Assembly: GCA_934373635.1 (NCBI GenBank)
Contig: CAKROZ010000005.1
Coordinates: 20,356 to 84,355, forward strand
Direction of reading: 5' to 3'
Source of the DNA: an uncultured Eubacteriales bacterium
GTDB lineage: Bacteria > Bacillota > Clostridia > Oscillospirales > CAG-272
Length of the DNA stretch: 64,000 nt
Within the stretch, counting starts at the first letter, position 1. Every line of letters begins with the position of its first letter. Made by a program: the position numbers and the translations under genes. The notes beneath the pieces are model-generated. The model saw only the letters and a list, made by a program, of their open reading frames with translations. It searched no databases and had not been told where the DNA came from. Shown here piece after piece: positions 33,920 to 42,428 of this stretch.

Positions 33920-36171
33920 ACCGTCAGGGGGTTCAGGTCGATGGCGAGGGCGACGGATTTTTTATCGGCAAAGGTGAGAAGAATTTCGTGAAAAAGTCTT
34001 CTTGTTGTCTTGTTTAGTTTACATTTTACGACCATACGGAGGCGGAAGCGGTCATTGAGCTTATAGACCTGCGCCTCGAAGGGTCCGTAGACGACAAAGG
34101 GGTAATTTTTATAGGGATCGACGGTGAGCTTTTCTTTCAGGTAAGAGGTCAGTTGCTCGGCTGCGGAGAAGAGCTCCTCCTCGCACTCTGCGGACAGGGT
34201 GATCTGCACCATGTCGCAAAAGGGAGGATAGGAGAGCTCCCGCCGTAAGGCGATCTCTCCTTCATAGAAGGCGTCGTAGTCCTGCTTACAGGCGAGGCGA
34301 ATGATCTCGTTGTCGGGAGAGTAGGTCTGAATGACCGCGCGCCCGGCATCTCCCGCTCTCCCTGCCCTGCCGATAACCTGCGTGAGGAGGGAGAAGGTGC
34401 GCTCCGAAGCGCGAAAATCGCTGACATAAAGAGAGGTATCCGCCAACACGACACCGACCAGCGTGACCTTCGGGAAATCGTGTCCCTTCGTCACCATCTG
34501 CGTGCCGAGGAGAACGTCGGCGTGTCCCGCGCGAAAGTCCTCGAGCATACGGTCATAAGAGAATTTCTCCCCCGTAGTGTCGGCATCCATGCGCATGACG
34601 CGGGAATCGGGCAAGAATTTCGAAAGGTCGCCCTCCACCCTTTGCGTCCCGTAGCCGAGATAGGAGAGGTGCTCTCCTCCGCAGGAGGGGCAGACCTTCG
34701 GCGGCGGCTCACTGTGTCCGCAGAGATGGCAGAGCATCCGTCCGCCGCCTCTGCCCGTATGATAGGTCAGGGAGACCGAGCAACGCGGACAGGTGATAAC
34801 GTCTCCGCAGCTCTTACAGCTGATCTGGCTGTTATAGCCGCGGCGGTTCAGAAAGAGGATCGCCTGTTTTTCCTTCTCCGCGACCTCGGACAAGGATTCG
34901 AGCAGGCGGCGGCTGATCGGTGAGGAGTTGCCGAGGCGAAGCTCCTCACGCATATCGACGATCACCGCCTCGGGCAGGCGGGCACCGCCGTAGCGCTCCC
35001 GCAGAGGGATGAGGGTATATGCCCCTTCCTTGGCTTTATAAAAGCTCTCGACGGAAGGGGTGGCGGAGGCGAGAAGCATCAGGGCGTTATGCCGCCCCGC
35101 ACGGTAGGCAGCGACGTCACGCGCGTGGTACTTCGGATCACTCTCGGATTTATAGGTATGCTCATGCTCCTCGTCAATGACGATCATACCGAGGTTCGGG
35201 ATCGGGGAGAAGACGGCGGAGCGCGTCCCGATCACGAGATCGACGGCGCCCGCGCGAATCCTGCGATAGGCATCGAGCCGTTCCCCCTGCGATAAAGAGG
35301 AGTGAATGACGGCGACCCGCTCCCCGTACCGACGGCAGAAGATCTGCACGGTCTGGGGCGTCAGGGCGATCTCGGGCACCATCATAATGACGGTCTTGCC
35401 GAGGGCGAGGGTACGGTCGATGAGTTTCATGATGACCTTGGTCTTCCCGCTTCCCGTCACGCCGTACAAAAGGGCGGCGCGGGGGGCGTCCTCGGTAAGA
35501 AGTGTGTCCGCCGCGCGGTAGGCGGTCATCTGCGCATCGCTGAGGTTGATCTCGGAGGTATCCCTCTCCCCTGCGAGTGCCGCATAGGGATTCCGGAGCT
35601 CCTCCTCCGTATCGACACGCAGAATCCCCTTCTCGGTCAGTGCCGAGAGGTGCGCCGCCGTGACCTCGGGCAGGGCGCGGAGCAATTCCCCGTCCGCCTC
35701 GCCGATGGGCAAAAGATACTCGAGAATGCGGCGCTGTCCCTCACTGCGCACGCCCTTTCGCCCCGAGGCGGCAAGGAGCGCGCGGGTCTCCTCTTCCGAG
35801 AGGGTGAGGGTATAGCGCTTCCGATAGCGGATGTTGGGGCTCTCGGTCATGGCGCCCGGGGGAAGGACGGTACGCACCGCCTCGCCGAGGGTGCAGAGCG
35901 TATATTCCTTCAGAAACAGACAGAGCCCGAGCATTTCCTCATCGAGAAAATAGCGGTCGTCAAGAACCGCCTGCACGGGCTTTGTCCTCGGGCTGTCGGT
36001 CGTGTCCTTTACGTTCAGGACGACGCCGAGGCGCATATGATTTGCCGCGCCGAAGGGCACACGCACGAGAGCCCCCGGACGGAGCTTCCCTGCGAGGGCG
36101 GGCGGGCAGAGATAGTCGAACGGGCGGTCGAGTGCGTGCGGGGCATCTGTCAGGCAGACCTCACAATACAT
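33916..36171 (-). CDS. priA: Primosomal protein N' (replication restart helicase)
   Basis: LLYGVTGSGKT (Walker A), VIDEEHE (DEAH-like), and a Cys-rich Zn region CKSCGDVITCPRCSVSLTYH...CHLCGH...CPSCG. Confidence 0.92.
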   Translation of the reverse strand: MYCEVCLTDAPHALDRPFDYLCPPALAGKLRPGALVRVPFGAANHMRLGVVLNVKDTTDSPRTKPVQAVLDDRYFLDEEMLGLCLFLKEYTLCTLGEAVRTVLPPGAMTESPNIRYRKRYTLTLSEEETRALLAASGRKGVRSEGQRRILEYLLPIGEADGELLRALPEVTAAHLSALTEKGILRVDTEEELRNPYAALAGERDTSEINLSDAQMTAYRAADTLLTEDAPRAALLYGVTGSGKTKVIMKLIDRTLALGKTVIMMVPEIALTPQTVQIFCRRYGERVAVIHSSLSQGERLDAYRRIRAGAVDLVIGTRSAVFSPIPNLGMIVIDEEHEHTYKSESDPKYHARDVAAYRAGRHNALMLLASATPSVESFYKAKEGAYTLIPLRERYGGARLPEAVIVDMREELRLGNSSPISRRLLESLSEVAEKEKQAILFLNRRGYNSQISCKSCGDVITCPRCSVSLTYHTGRGGGRMLCHLCGHSEPPPKVCPSCGGEHLSYLGYGTQRVEGDLSKFLPDSRVMRMDADTTGEKFSYDRMLEDFRAGHADVLLGTQMVTKGHDFPKVTLVGVVLADTSLYVSDFRASERTFSLLTQVIGRAGRAGDAGRAVIQTYSPDNEIIRLACKQDYDAFYEGEIALRRELSYPPFCDMVQITLSAECEEELFSAAEQLTSYLKEKLTVDPYKNYPFVVYGPFEAQVYKLNDRFRLRMVVKCKLNKTTRRLFHEILLTFADKKSVALAIDLNPLTV

Positions 36172-36198
36172 CCTTCTCCTCCGTTCTTTTCCTGTGAA

Positions 36199-36468
36199 TT
36201 ATTCCGCGGCGGCGGGATGATGAATGCGGAATCTGCCGTCCTGAAGTCTCGCGATGGCGATCTTTACCGCCTTCTGATCCTTGTACTCGGGGTCGATGAG
36301 GGCGGAGAGGGGCTTATCCGTCTCGCGGTTGTCGATCAGGCGCTGTGCTCTCACACGCATGGCGACGTATTCGTCGGTGACGATGCGCGCGCATTTTGCG
36401 ACGGCAACGACAAGCTCGTAACGGTTGAATTCGCCTTTGGTCAGCTCATCAATGGTAGGATAGATCAT
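36199..36468 (-). CDS. rpoZ: DNA-directed RNA polymerase subunit omega
   Basis: Trimmed to ATG 36468 (AAGGAGAA RBS). MIYPTIDELTKGEFNRYELVVAVAKCARIV is typical of Firmicutes RpoZ. Confidence 0.8.
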   Translation of the reverse strand: MIYPTIDELTKGEFNRYELVVAVAKCARIVTDEYVAMRVRAQRLIDNRETDKPLSALIDPEYKDQKAVKIAIARLQDGRFRIHHPAAAE

Positions 36469-36559
36469 GATATTCTCCTTTTTCGGATGAAGTTTTCGTT
36501 TTCTTTCGGGGAAGTGCTGTCCCTCGCGAAGGAGGGGAGTCGTCGGGGGTACCGATCGG

Positions 36560-36829
36560 TTATTCCTCGTCCTCGTCGTCCTCGTCGGTGTCATCGTCAC
36601 TCGAGAGACGGTTGGTGATGGTCTCCGCCTGAATGGCGGAAAGAATGACGTGCTCGGAATCGGTGATGATGACCGCGCGGGTACGTCTGCCGCAGGAGAC
36701 GTCGATGATACGGTTATCCTCCTTCGCATCCTGCACAAGGCGTTTGATCGGTGCGGAATCGGGTCCCGCGATGGCGATGATCCGCCCCGCCGACACCATA
36801 TTGCCGAAGCCGACATTGATAAATTTCAT
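36560..36829 (-). CDS. remA: RemA/DUF370-family regulatory protein
   Basis: Trimmed to ATG 36829. Reads [36 protein letters not shown]...[13 protein letters not shown], with an acidic tail. Confidence 0.8.
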   Translation of the reverse strand: MKFINVGFGNMVSAGRIIAIAGPDSAPIKRLVQDAKEDNRIIDVSCGRRTRAVIITDSEHVILSAIQAETITNRLSSDDDTDEDDEDEE

Positions 36830-36863
36830 ATTCTTTCTCCGTTCCGCCGCAACGCGGCGATCG

Positions 36864-37754
36864 TTATTCGATATTCTGCACCTGCTCGCGGATCTTTTCA
36901 AACTCGCCCTTGACGGCAACGACGAGTCTCGCGATCTCCGCGTTGTTTGCCTTCGAGCCGACGGTATTGATCTCGCGGTTCATCTCCTGCATCAGGAAAT
37001 CGAGCTTTCTGCCCGAGGGTTCTTTCAGTGCGGCAATCTCATCGAAGGCATCGAAGTGCGAGCGAAGCCTGACGAGCTCCTCATCAATCGCGATCTTGTC
37101 GGCGAAGACGGCGCACTCGGTGAGCAGACGCCCTTCGTCGGGGGTAACACCCGCGTCCCCGAGGATCGCGCGGAGGCGGGTCTCGAGCTTCTCGCGGTAG
37201 CCGACGGTATCGGCGGCGCTTAGCTTCTCCACGGTGTCGACGTAGGTGCGCACCGTCTCGAGTTTCTTTTTCATATCCTCCGCCGCGCGGGCGCCCTCTG
37301 CCGTGCGCATCGCGACATAGCCCGCGATCGCCTCGTCGAGGACGGGACAAAGCTCTTCCCACGCCTCGGTAAGATCGGCATCCTCCCGCTTCGTGCGGAA
37401 GACGGCGGGATTTTTCGCCACGGTCATGACGGAGATGTCGTCGGCAAGCCCGTACTCGTCGCGAAGACGGGCGAGCGCCGCGAGATACCCTCCGAGATAG
37501 GCTTCATCGAGAAGCACCTCGCCGTTCCCCTTCGCGTGCTCTTCGACGGTGATGTAGACGTCGATCTTCGCACGGGAGACGGCAGTCTCGCGAATGCGGT
37601 TCTTGATCTTCTCTTCGAGGAAGAGATAGGAATGCGGGAGCTTGACCGAGCAATCGAAGAAGCGGGAATTGACGCTCCGAAGCTCTACGGTGATGTCCCG
37701 TGCCTCGCCCTCGTGCTTTGCCCTGCCGAAGGCGGTCATGCTTTTCATCATCAC
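36864..37754 (-). CDS. yicC: YicC/YloC-family stress-induced protein (endoribonuclease)
   Basis: SMTAFGRA...[11 protein letters not shown] at the N-terminus. [23 protein letters not shown]...[10 protein letters not shown] at the C-terminus. Confidence 0.85.
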   Translation of the reverse strand: MMMKSMTAFGRAKHEGEARDITVELRSVNSRFFDCSVKLPHSYLFLEEKIKNRIRETAVSRAKIDVYITVEEHAKGNGEVLLDEAYLGGYLAALARLRDEYGLADDISVMTVAKNPAVFRTKREDADLTEAWEELCPVLDEAIAGYVAMRTAEGARAAEDMKKKLETVRTYVDTVEKLSAADTVGYREKLETRLRAILGDAGVTPDEGRLLTECAVFADKIAIDEELVRLRSHFDAFDEIAALKEPSGRKLDFLMQEMNREINTVGSKANNAEIARLVVAVKGEFEKIREQVQNIE

Positions 37755-38302
37755 GATTTCTCCGTCGGGTCAGGCGTCCGAGCCGTCGTGTCTTCCCCGT
37801 TTTCTTTGGTAGTTTCTTCCGTTTGTTTTTTTCCTGCGCTCTTCCCTTTGCGTTTGCCCCGCCCGCGGCTCAGGGAGCGGATCTCCTCCATGAAGGAGTC
37901 GATGTCGGTAAACTCGCGGTAGACCGACGCGAAGCGGATATAGGACACGATGTCGATGTCGCGCAGGCGCTGTAAGACCATCTCGCCGATGTCGTGCGAG
38001 GTGACCTCGTTGACAATGGAATTCTGGAGCTCCGCCTCGATAGACGCCGCGATGACCTCCGCGTTGACGGGTCGCTTCTGACAGGCGCGCTGGATGCCGA
38101 GCATAAGCTTATGCTTATCGAAAAACTCGTGCTTCCCGCTCCGCTTCACGACGTCGATCGGAACGGTATCGACGACCTCGTAGGTCGTAAACCGCTTCCC
38201 GCACATGGGACATTCCCGCCGCCGCTTGATACTGGCGTCGTCGTCCACGGGGCGCGAATCCAACACGCGGGAATCGTGATAATTGCATACCGGACACTTC
38301 AT
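37751..38302 (-). CDS. nrdR: Transcriptional repressor NrdR
   Basis: MKCPVCNYHDSRVLDSR...CPMCGKRFTTYE Zn-ribbon followed by an ATP-cone. Has an extra K/E-rich tail. Confidence 0.92.
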   Translation of the reverse strand: MKCPVCNYHDSRVLDSRPVDDDASIKRRRECPMCGKRFTTYEVVDTVPIDVVKRSGKHEFFDKHKLMLGIQRACQKRPVNAEVIAASIEAELQNSIVNEVTSHDIGEMVLQRLRDIDIVSYIRFASVYREFTDIDSFMEEIRSLSRGRGKRKGKSAGKKQTEETTKENGEDTTARTPDPTEKS

Positions 38303-38462
38303 ACCGACTTCCTCCGAGGGGCTCCTTTTCTATAATCCATATTATTATAGCACAATATGTTATAAAAGTAAAGGGGTTTCGGAAATTTTACTTCTTCCGC
38401 GGGGCGGCGTCTCTTTTCCCTTCCCGAAGAATTCGGGCGTTTCTTGTCTGCGGGCGAGGGGG

Positions 38463-39494
38463 TCAGGGTCGGGAGGGAGTGTCTTCGTCCGAGGGTGTTT
38501 CTTTTGCATCCGTGGTCTTCTTCCCCGAGAAGAAACCTGCGACACGGTTGCCGAAGGCATCGAGAGAGGCGACGCGCCACTTTGCAAACCACGGGAAGGT
38601 CAGCGGATAGACCACCCCCGCGAAGGCGACGACGAGGAAGTAACGCACGACGCGCGCGACGCCCGCGTTGCCGAAGCAGAGAAATTCGAGCGGCACTTTG
38701 AGCCCCGCCTTCAAGAGGAGGACGGCGGCGAAGCCGAGGACAAGCTGTGAGATCCTCGCGTACCATTTGCCTCCGATCTTGAAATCGAGCAGGCGGGTAT
38801 CGAGGAACCATGTGAAGGCGATGCCGAGGGCGGCACCGTGGAGGGCGAGGGCATTCTGTCTCGCGCTCGCGAGATTCTCTGCATCCGCCGCGCCGTCGGG
38901 GGTCAGATGCGTATAGAAGATGAGTGCGGCGGAGAGGAGCCAGCCCGCGAGGACAAAATACGGCATGGCGGCGCGGAATCTCTTCTCATCGGTGAAGACG
39001 GGGCGGAAGGCGAAGACGAGGATCAGGGCAAGAACGAAGGAGACGGAGACATCAAGGGGAGTATGCACGCCGAGATACATGCGGGAGAATGCCACGAGCA
39101 GGATCACGACGGAAAGAAGCAGGACGGGGAGCTTTTTGCGGCGCTTCGTATAATCGAACGCGGCGATCGCGCCGAAGGTGCCCGTCGCGTTCTGCGTATG
39201 TCCCGAGGGGAAGGAATAGCCCGTCGCCTCTTCCCTCGCGCTCTCGACGATGGTGAAATTCGGGTCCTTGACCCACGGTCGGGGGATCTTACAAAGGAGT
39301 TTCAGCGTCTGATTGATCAGGGTGCCGAAGAGTCCCGTGAAGAAGAGATAGTACCCTTCCTTCTTGTCGACACACCAAAAGACGGCGATGGCGACCACGA
39401 GGAACAGAGTCTCTCCGCCGAGAAAGGTGACGGTGGAAAGAAGCGCGTCGCAGACAGGGTTTCGGATGCTCTCAAGAAAATATAAAAACGACAT
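38463..39494 (-). CDS. PAP2-family membrane phosphatase
   Basis: KLLCKIPRP, FPSGHT and SRMYLGVHTPLD are the three PAP2 motifs. The C-terminal half has additional TM segments. Confidence 0.8.
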   Translation of the reverse strand: MSFLYFLESIRNPVCDALLSTVTFLGGETLFLVVAIAVFWCVDKKEGYYLFFTGLFGTLINQTLKLLCKIPRPWVKDPNFTIVESAREEATGYSFPSGHTQNATGTFGAIAAFDYTKRRKKLPVLLLSVVILLVAFSRMYLGVHTPLDVSVSFVLALILVFAFRPVFTDEKRFRAAMPYFVLAGWLLSAALIFYTHLTPDGAADAENLASARQNALALHGAALGIAFTWFLDTRLLDFKIGGKWYARISQLVLGFAAVLLLKAGLKVPLEFLCFGNAGVARVVRYFLVVAFAGVVYPLTFPWFAKWRVASLDAFGNRVAGFFSGKKTTDAKETPSDEDTPSRP

Positions 39495-39573
39495 GACGGG
39501 TTCCTTTTTCGTTGTTTTATGGTTTCAATGAAAAGATTTATTTACATATTACTATATTTTTTGGAGGTTTATG

Positions 39574-39613
39574 AAAAAGAGCGGGCGGAATTCCGCGCTT
39601 CGGAAATCCGCCC
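39574..39613 (-). terminator. Terminator after the rpiB-like gene
   Basis: Hairpin GGGCGGA(T)TTCC...GGAATTCCGCCC followed on the minus strand by TCTTTTTC. Confidence 0.55.
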
Positions 39614-39621
39614 TTTTGCCT

Positions 39622-40263
39622 TTATTCGGCGAGAAGTTTCTTCACACAATCGATGATGCGCTCATCCTTCGCGTTCGCGAAGAAGTACTCTTTGAAGTGT
39701 ACGCCTGCGATGGCGCCACGCACGAGGTCGCGGTCAAGATGCTCGAGGATGTACACGATGTCGGTGTGTGTAACTTTTTTGACCTCATCGAGGATCTTCT
39801 TGTTTCTCTGCTCGGGCACGGCTCTCTCACGGGGATAGCCGAGTCCCCACTCGGAGACGAAGAGCTTCTCGAAGACGTAACGGAGGTTCAGCTCACAGCC
39901 CCAGCCCCAGCCCTTCGCAAAGGGGAGCGCGATGGCGTTGCCGTTGTTGACCTGCGTAAACTGGTAGGCATCGGTCGGGTCAACAACGTGACCGCAGAGG
40001 ACCCCCGGGAAGGCGTTGCAGGCGAGCATGGCACCCTCGCCCGTGCCGCAACCCGTAATCACGAGGTCGGCGGCGCCCGAGTTCAGAAGAATGGCGGAGA
40101 GGATACCGATCTGCACATAGGTGAGCTGTTCCTTATCCTCGGCGGAATACATACCGTAGTTATCGACGGTGTGTCCGAGCGGAAGTACGACGTCCTTCAG
40201 GGTGCTTTCAATGAGGGCGTTCTTTGCCGCTTGGCTGTTTTCGTTGATGAGTGCGATTTTCAT
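39622..40263 (-). CDS. RpiB/LacA/LacB-family sugar-phosphate isomerase (long form)
   Basis: 213 aa with the LVITGCGTGEGAMLACN active-site region. Confidence 0.78.
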   Translation of the reverse strand: MKIALINENSQAAKNALIESTLKDVVLPLGHTVDNYGMYSAEDKEQLTYVQIGILSAILLNSGAADLVITGCGTGEGAMLACNAFPGVLCGHVVDPTDAYQFTQVNNGNAIALPFAKGWGWGCELNLRYVFEKLFVSEWGLGYPRERAVPEQRNKKILDEVKKVTHTDIVYILEHLDRDLVRGAIAGVHFKEYFFANAKDERIIDCVKKLLAE

Positions 40264-40276
40264 ACAAACTCCTTTT

Positions 40277-40305
40277 GATAATTAAGAATTATGAATTATG
40301 AATTG
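40277..40305 (+). repeat. AT-rich heptamer array, site 3
   Basis: GATAATTAA GAATTAT GAATTAT GAATTG, 14 nt upstream of the rpiB-like ATG. Confidence 0.8.
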
Positions 40306-40440
40306 TCTTCATTCTTGCTTTGTTTTGTTGACGCGGAGTGTTTTTTGGAGGGAGAGGGCGAGGCTTGAAGAGGAAGTGTCGCTTACTCCTCATCCACCGT
40401 TTCGCGGTCCCCCTGTCTCGCTACGGCTCGGGTTCACTTG
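40306..40440 (+). repeat. Composite intergenic module B, copy X
   Basis: TCTTCATTCTTGCTTTG..TTGTTGACGCGG...GCTTACTCCTCATCC...CCCCTGTCTCGCTACGGCTCGGGTTCAC. Aligns with 41915-42045. Confidence 0.6.
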
Positions 40441-40518
40441 GGGAGCGGACGGATAGAAGCGGGGTTTAACGGGTCAGACGGTTGGAATTACAGGGTTAGA
40501 AAGTTGGGGTTATGCGAG

Positions 40519-41805
40519 TTACGGGGTCAGGCGGTTGGGGCCGCGGAAGAGGAATTCCGCCTCCTTGATGGAGAGACCGAGGAAGAGCATGGTCAGGCGG
40601 TCGACGCCGAGACCGAAGCCGCCGTGCGGCGGGCAACCGTACTTGAAGAATTGGAGATAGAATTCGACGTCCTTCGCGAGTCCCTTCTCTTCTGCCTGCT
40701 TTTTCAGCACCTCGTAGCGGTGCTCTCTCTGTGCGCCCGTGGTGATCTCCACGCCGCGCCAGATGAGGTCGTAGCCCTGCGGAACACCGTTCTCGTCGCG
40801 CATGTGATAGAAGGCGCGCTCCTTGGCGTCATAGTCGGTGATAAAGAGGAATTCGTGACCGTATTTTTCCTCGCAGAGCTTTTTCGTCATTCTCTCCGCG
40901 TCGGTGGTGAGGTCGCCTTTCAGGCTATCGGGAACGGTATAGCCGTAGCGCTCCTCAAGCTCGCGGTAGACATCGGCGAGCTTCATCCTCGGGAACGGGA
41001 GGGTCGGAACGACGACCTCCAGACCGAAGAGCTCGCGGATCTTTTCGCCGTGTGCCTCTTTGACACGTTTCAGGGCATAGGTAAGGAGCTCCTCCTCCAT
41101 CTTCATGACGTCCTCAACGCCGTCGATGTAGGAGAATTCAAGGTCGAAGCCCGTGAATTCGGTCGCGTGCTTATTGGTATAGGATTTTTCCGCACGGAAG
41201 ACGGGGCCCGACTCGAAAATGCGCTCCAGTCCCGCCGCCATTGCCATCTGCTTATAGAATTGGGGCGACTGGGCAAGATACGCCTTCGTATCAAAATATT
41301 TCACCTCAAAGACATCGGAGCCCGACTCGCTCGCCGCGCCGATCAGCTTCGGGGTATGGATCTCGATAAAGTTGCGTTCGAGGAGGAATTCCCGCAGGGC
41401 GGCGACGAGGGTCGTCTGCATCTCCATCATCAGATGATTCTGATCGCGGCGCAGGTCGATCCAGCGGTAGTCCATACGACAATCGATGTCCGAGTCGTCC
41501 TTGATGGGCAAGGCGTCGGCGAGCGACTCGATCTTCATCGTATCGGGCAGAAGCTCAATGCCTCCCATCTTTACATATTCGTTGTTTACGACCTCACCCT
41601 CGACCGTAATGACCGAGTGGAGGGTCAGCTCGTCCACGATGGCGGCGAGCTCGGCGGATTTTTCCTTCTCTACCGTGATCTGAAGCTTTCCCGTGATGTC
41701 TTTCAAAACGATGAAAGCCATCGTTCTCTTGTTCCGCAATTTATCGACGAAGCCCTGTACTTTATGTCTTCCGGGCGTTACGTCCTTGATATAGGTGCGT
41801 TCCAT
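40519..41805 (-). CDS. aspS: Aspartate--tRNA ligase, archaeal/type-2 (~430 aa)
   Basis: Class II motifs FRAEKSYTNKHATEF and GGFGLGVDRLTM, with an N-terminal OB anticodon-binding domain. Confidence 0.9.
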   Translation of the reverse strand: MERTYIKDVTPGRHKVQGFVDKLRNKRTMAFIVLKDITGKLQITVEKEKSAELAAIVDELTLHSVITVEGEVVNNEYVKMGGIELLPDTMKIESLADALPIKDDSDIDCRMDYRWIDLRRDQNHLMMEMQTTLVAALREFLLERNFIEIHTPKLIGAASESGSDVFEVKYFDTKAYLAQSPQFYKQMAMAAGLERIFESGPVFRAEKSYTNKHATEFTGFDLEFSYIDGVEDVMKMEEELLTYALKRVKEAHGEKIRELFGLEVVVPTLPFPRMKLADVYRELEERYGYTVPDSLKGDLTTDAERMTKKLCEEKYGHEFLFITDYDAKERAFYHMRDENGVPQGYDLIWRGVEITTGAQREHRYEVLKKQAEEKGLAKDVEFYLQFFKYGCPPHGGFGLGVDRLTMLFLGLSIKEAEFLFRGPNRLTP

Positions 41806-41871
41806 AATTTTGTCCTTTCAAAAGAGCAATCTGAATACTACTATTATAGAAGATTTTATTCGAAAAGTCAA

Positions 41872-41914
41872 GAGAATTGATAATTATGAATGAAGAATTA
41901 TGAATTATGAATTG
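41872..41914 (+). repeat. AT-rich heptamer array, site 4
   Basis: GAGAATT GATAATTAT GAATGAA GAATTAT GAATTAT GAATTG, 67 nt upstream of the aspS ATG. Confidence 0.8.
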
Positions 41915-42045
41915 CCTTAATTCTTGCGTTGGGCTGTTGACGTGGGGATGAGGGGGAGATGAGGGGGCGTTGACGGGAGGATGTGCGATTCCTTGCTTAC
42001 TTCTCATCCTTCAGTCGTAGGCTGACCCCTGTTTCGCTGCGGCTC
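41915..42045 (+). repeat. Composite intergenic module B, copy Y
   Basis: CCTTAATTCTTGCGTTGGGCTGTTGACGTGG...GCTTACTTCTCATCC...CCCCTGTTTCGCTGCGGCTCGGGCAC. Confidence 0.6.
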
Positions 42046-42130
42046 GGGCACACTCGGGCTCTTTCATTTCGGCGGTGTGAGATTCGGTGCTCTCGTGACG
42101 CTCTCTTACTCGTAGGAGAAGGCTTAGATA

Positions 42131-42174
42131 CGTTGTTCTTCTTTGACTTTTGTTTTTCTTTACCCCAACGATTG
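42131..42174 (+). repeat. Intergenic repeat family C, copy 3
   Basis: CGTTGTTCTTCTTTGACTTTTGTTTTTCTTTACCCCAACGATTG. It is the reverse complement of the units at 32804-32939. Confidence 0.6.
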
Positions 42175-42241
42175 GCGAGGAGATGTCCTGCTTTCGCTCT
42201 CGTTTCTTCTCTAAAATACGCCCCTCTAAAAGTAAAAATTC

Positions 42242-42269
42242 GCCCCCGAGGCTTTTGGCTTCGGGGGCG
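42242..42269 (-). terminator. Terminator of the secreted-protein operon
   Basis: Hairpin GCCCCCGAAGC-CAAAA-GCCTCGGGGGC followed on the minus strand by AATTTTTACTTTT. Confidence 0.55.
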
Positions 42270-42275
42270 GGCGTT

Positions 42276-42410
42276 TTATTGCAAAACGTTTCCGAACTCG
42301 TCGTTGTTCGGGTCATCGAAGAAGTAGAACGGCGATTGACCGCTACTCGTCAGAACATCCTTCGTTTCGAGAAGGAGAATTTCGAGCTCTGCTTTGGTAT
42401 ATTGTTTCAT
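42276..42410 (-). CDS. Small hypothetical protein (44 aa)
   Basis: Below the ORF-track cutoff. GAAAGGAGAA RBS. Reads MKQYTKAELEILLLETKDVLTSSGQSPFYFFDDPNNDEFGNVLQ. The stop abuts the terminator. Confidence 0.4.
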   Translation of the reverse strand: MKQYTKAELEILLLETKDVLTSSGQSPFYFFDDPNNDEFGNVLQ

Positions 42411-42428
42411 GTTCGTTTTCTCCTTTCT

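Noticed and set aside
33584-33991. 135-aa ORF across the priA-def spacer, and the idea that the repeats are a CRISPR array
   Set aside because: The peptide is just the translated tandem repeat. The units abut each other with no unique spacers, they are ~65 bp and imperfect, and no cas genes are nearby.
36469-36816. 5' extension of the rpoZ ORF (205-aa version), and an expected gmk gene between remA and rpoZ
   Set aside because: The extension is S/P/R/T-rich and overlaps remA. rpoZ has a clean AAGGAGAA RBS at ATG 36468. Only 91 bp separate remA and rpoZ, so gmk is simply not at this locus.
42276-42410. AgrD-like autoinducing-peptide precursor reading of the 44-aa ORF
   Set aside because: There is no AgrB-type processing gene and no Agr sensor pair nearby. 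The N-terminus is charged rather than an amphipathic membrane-binding helix. The resemblance is limited to an aromatic core plus an acidic tail.
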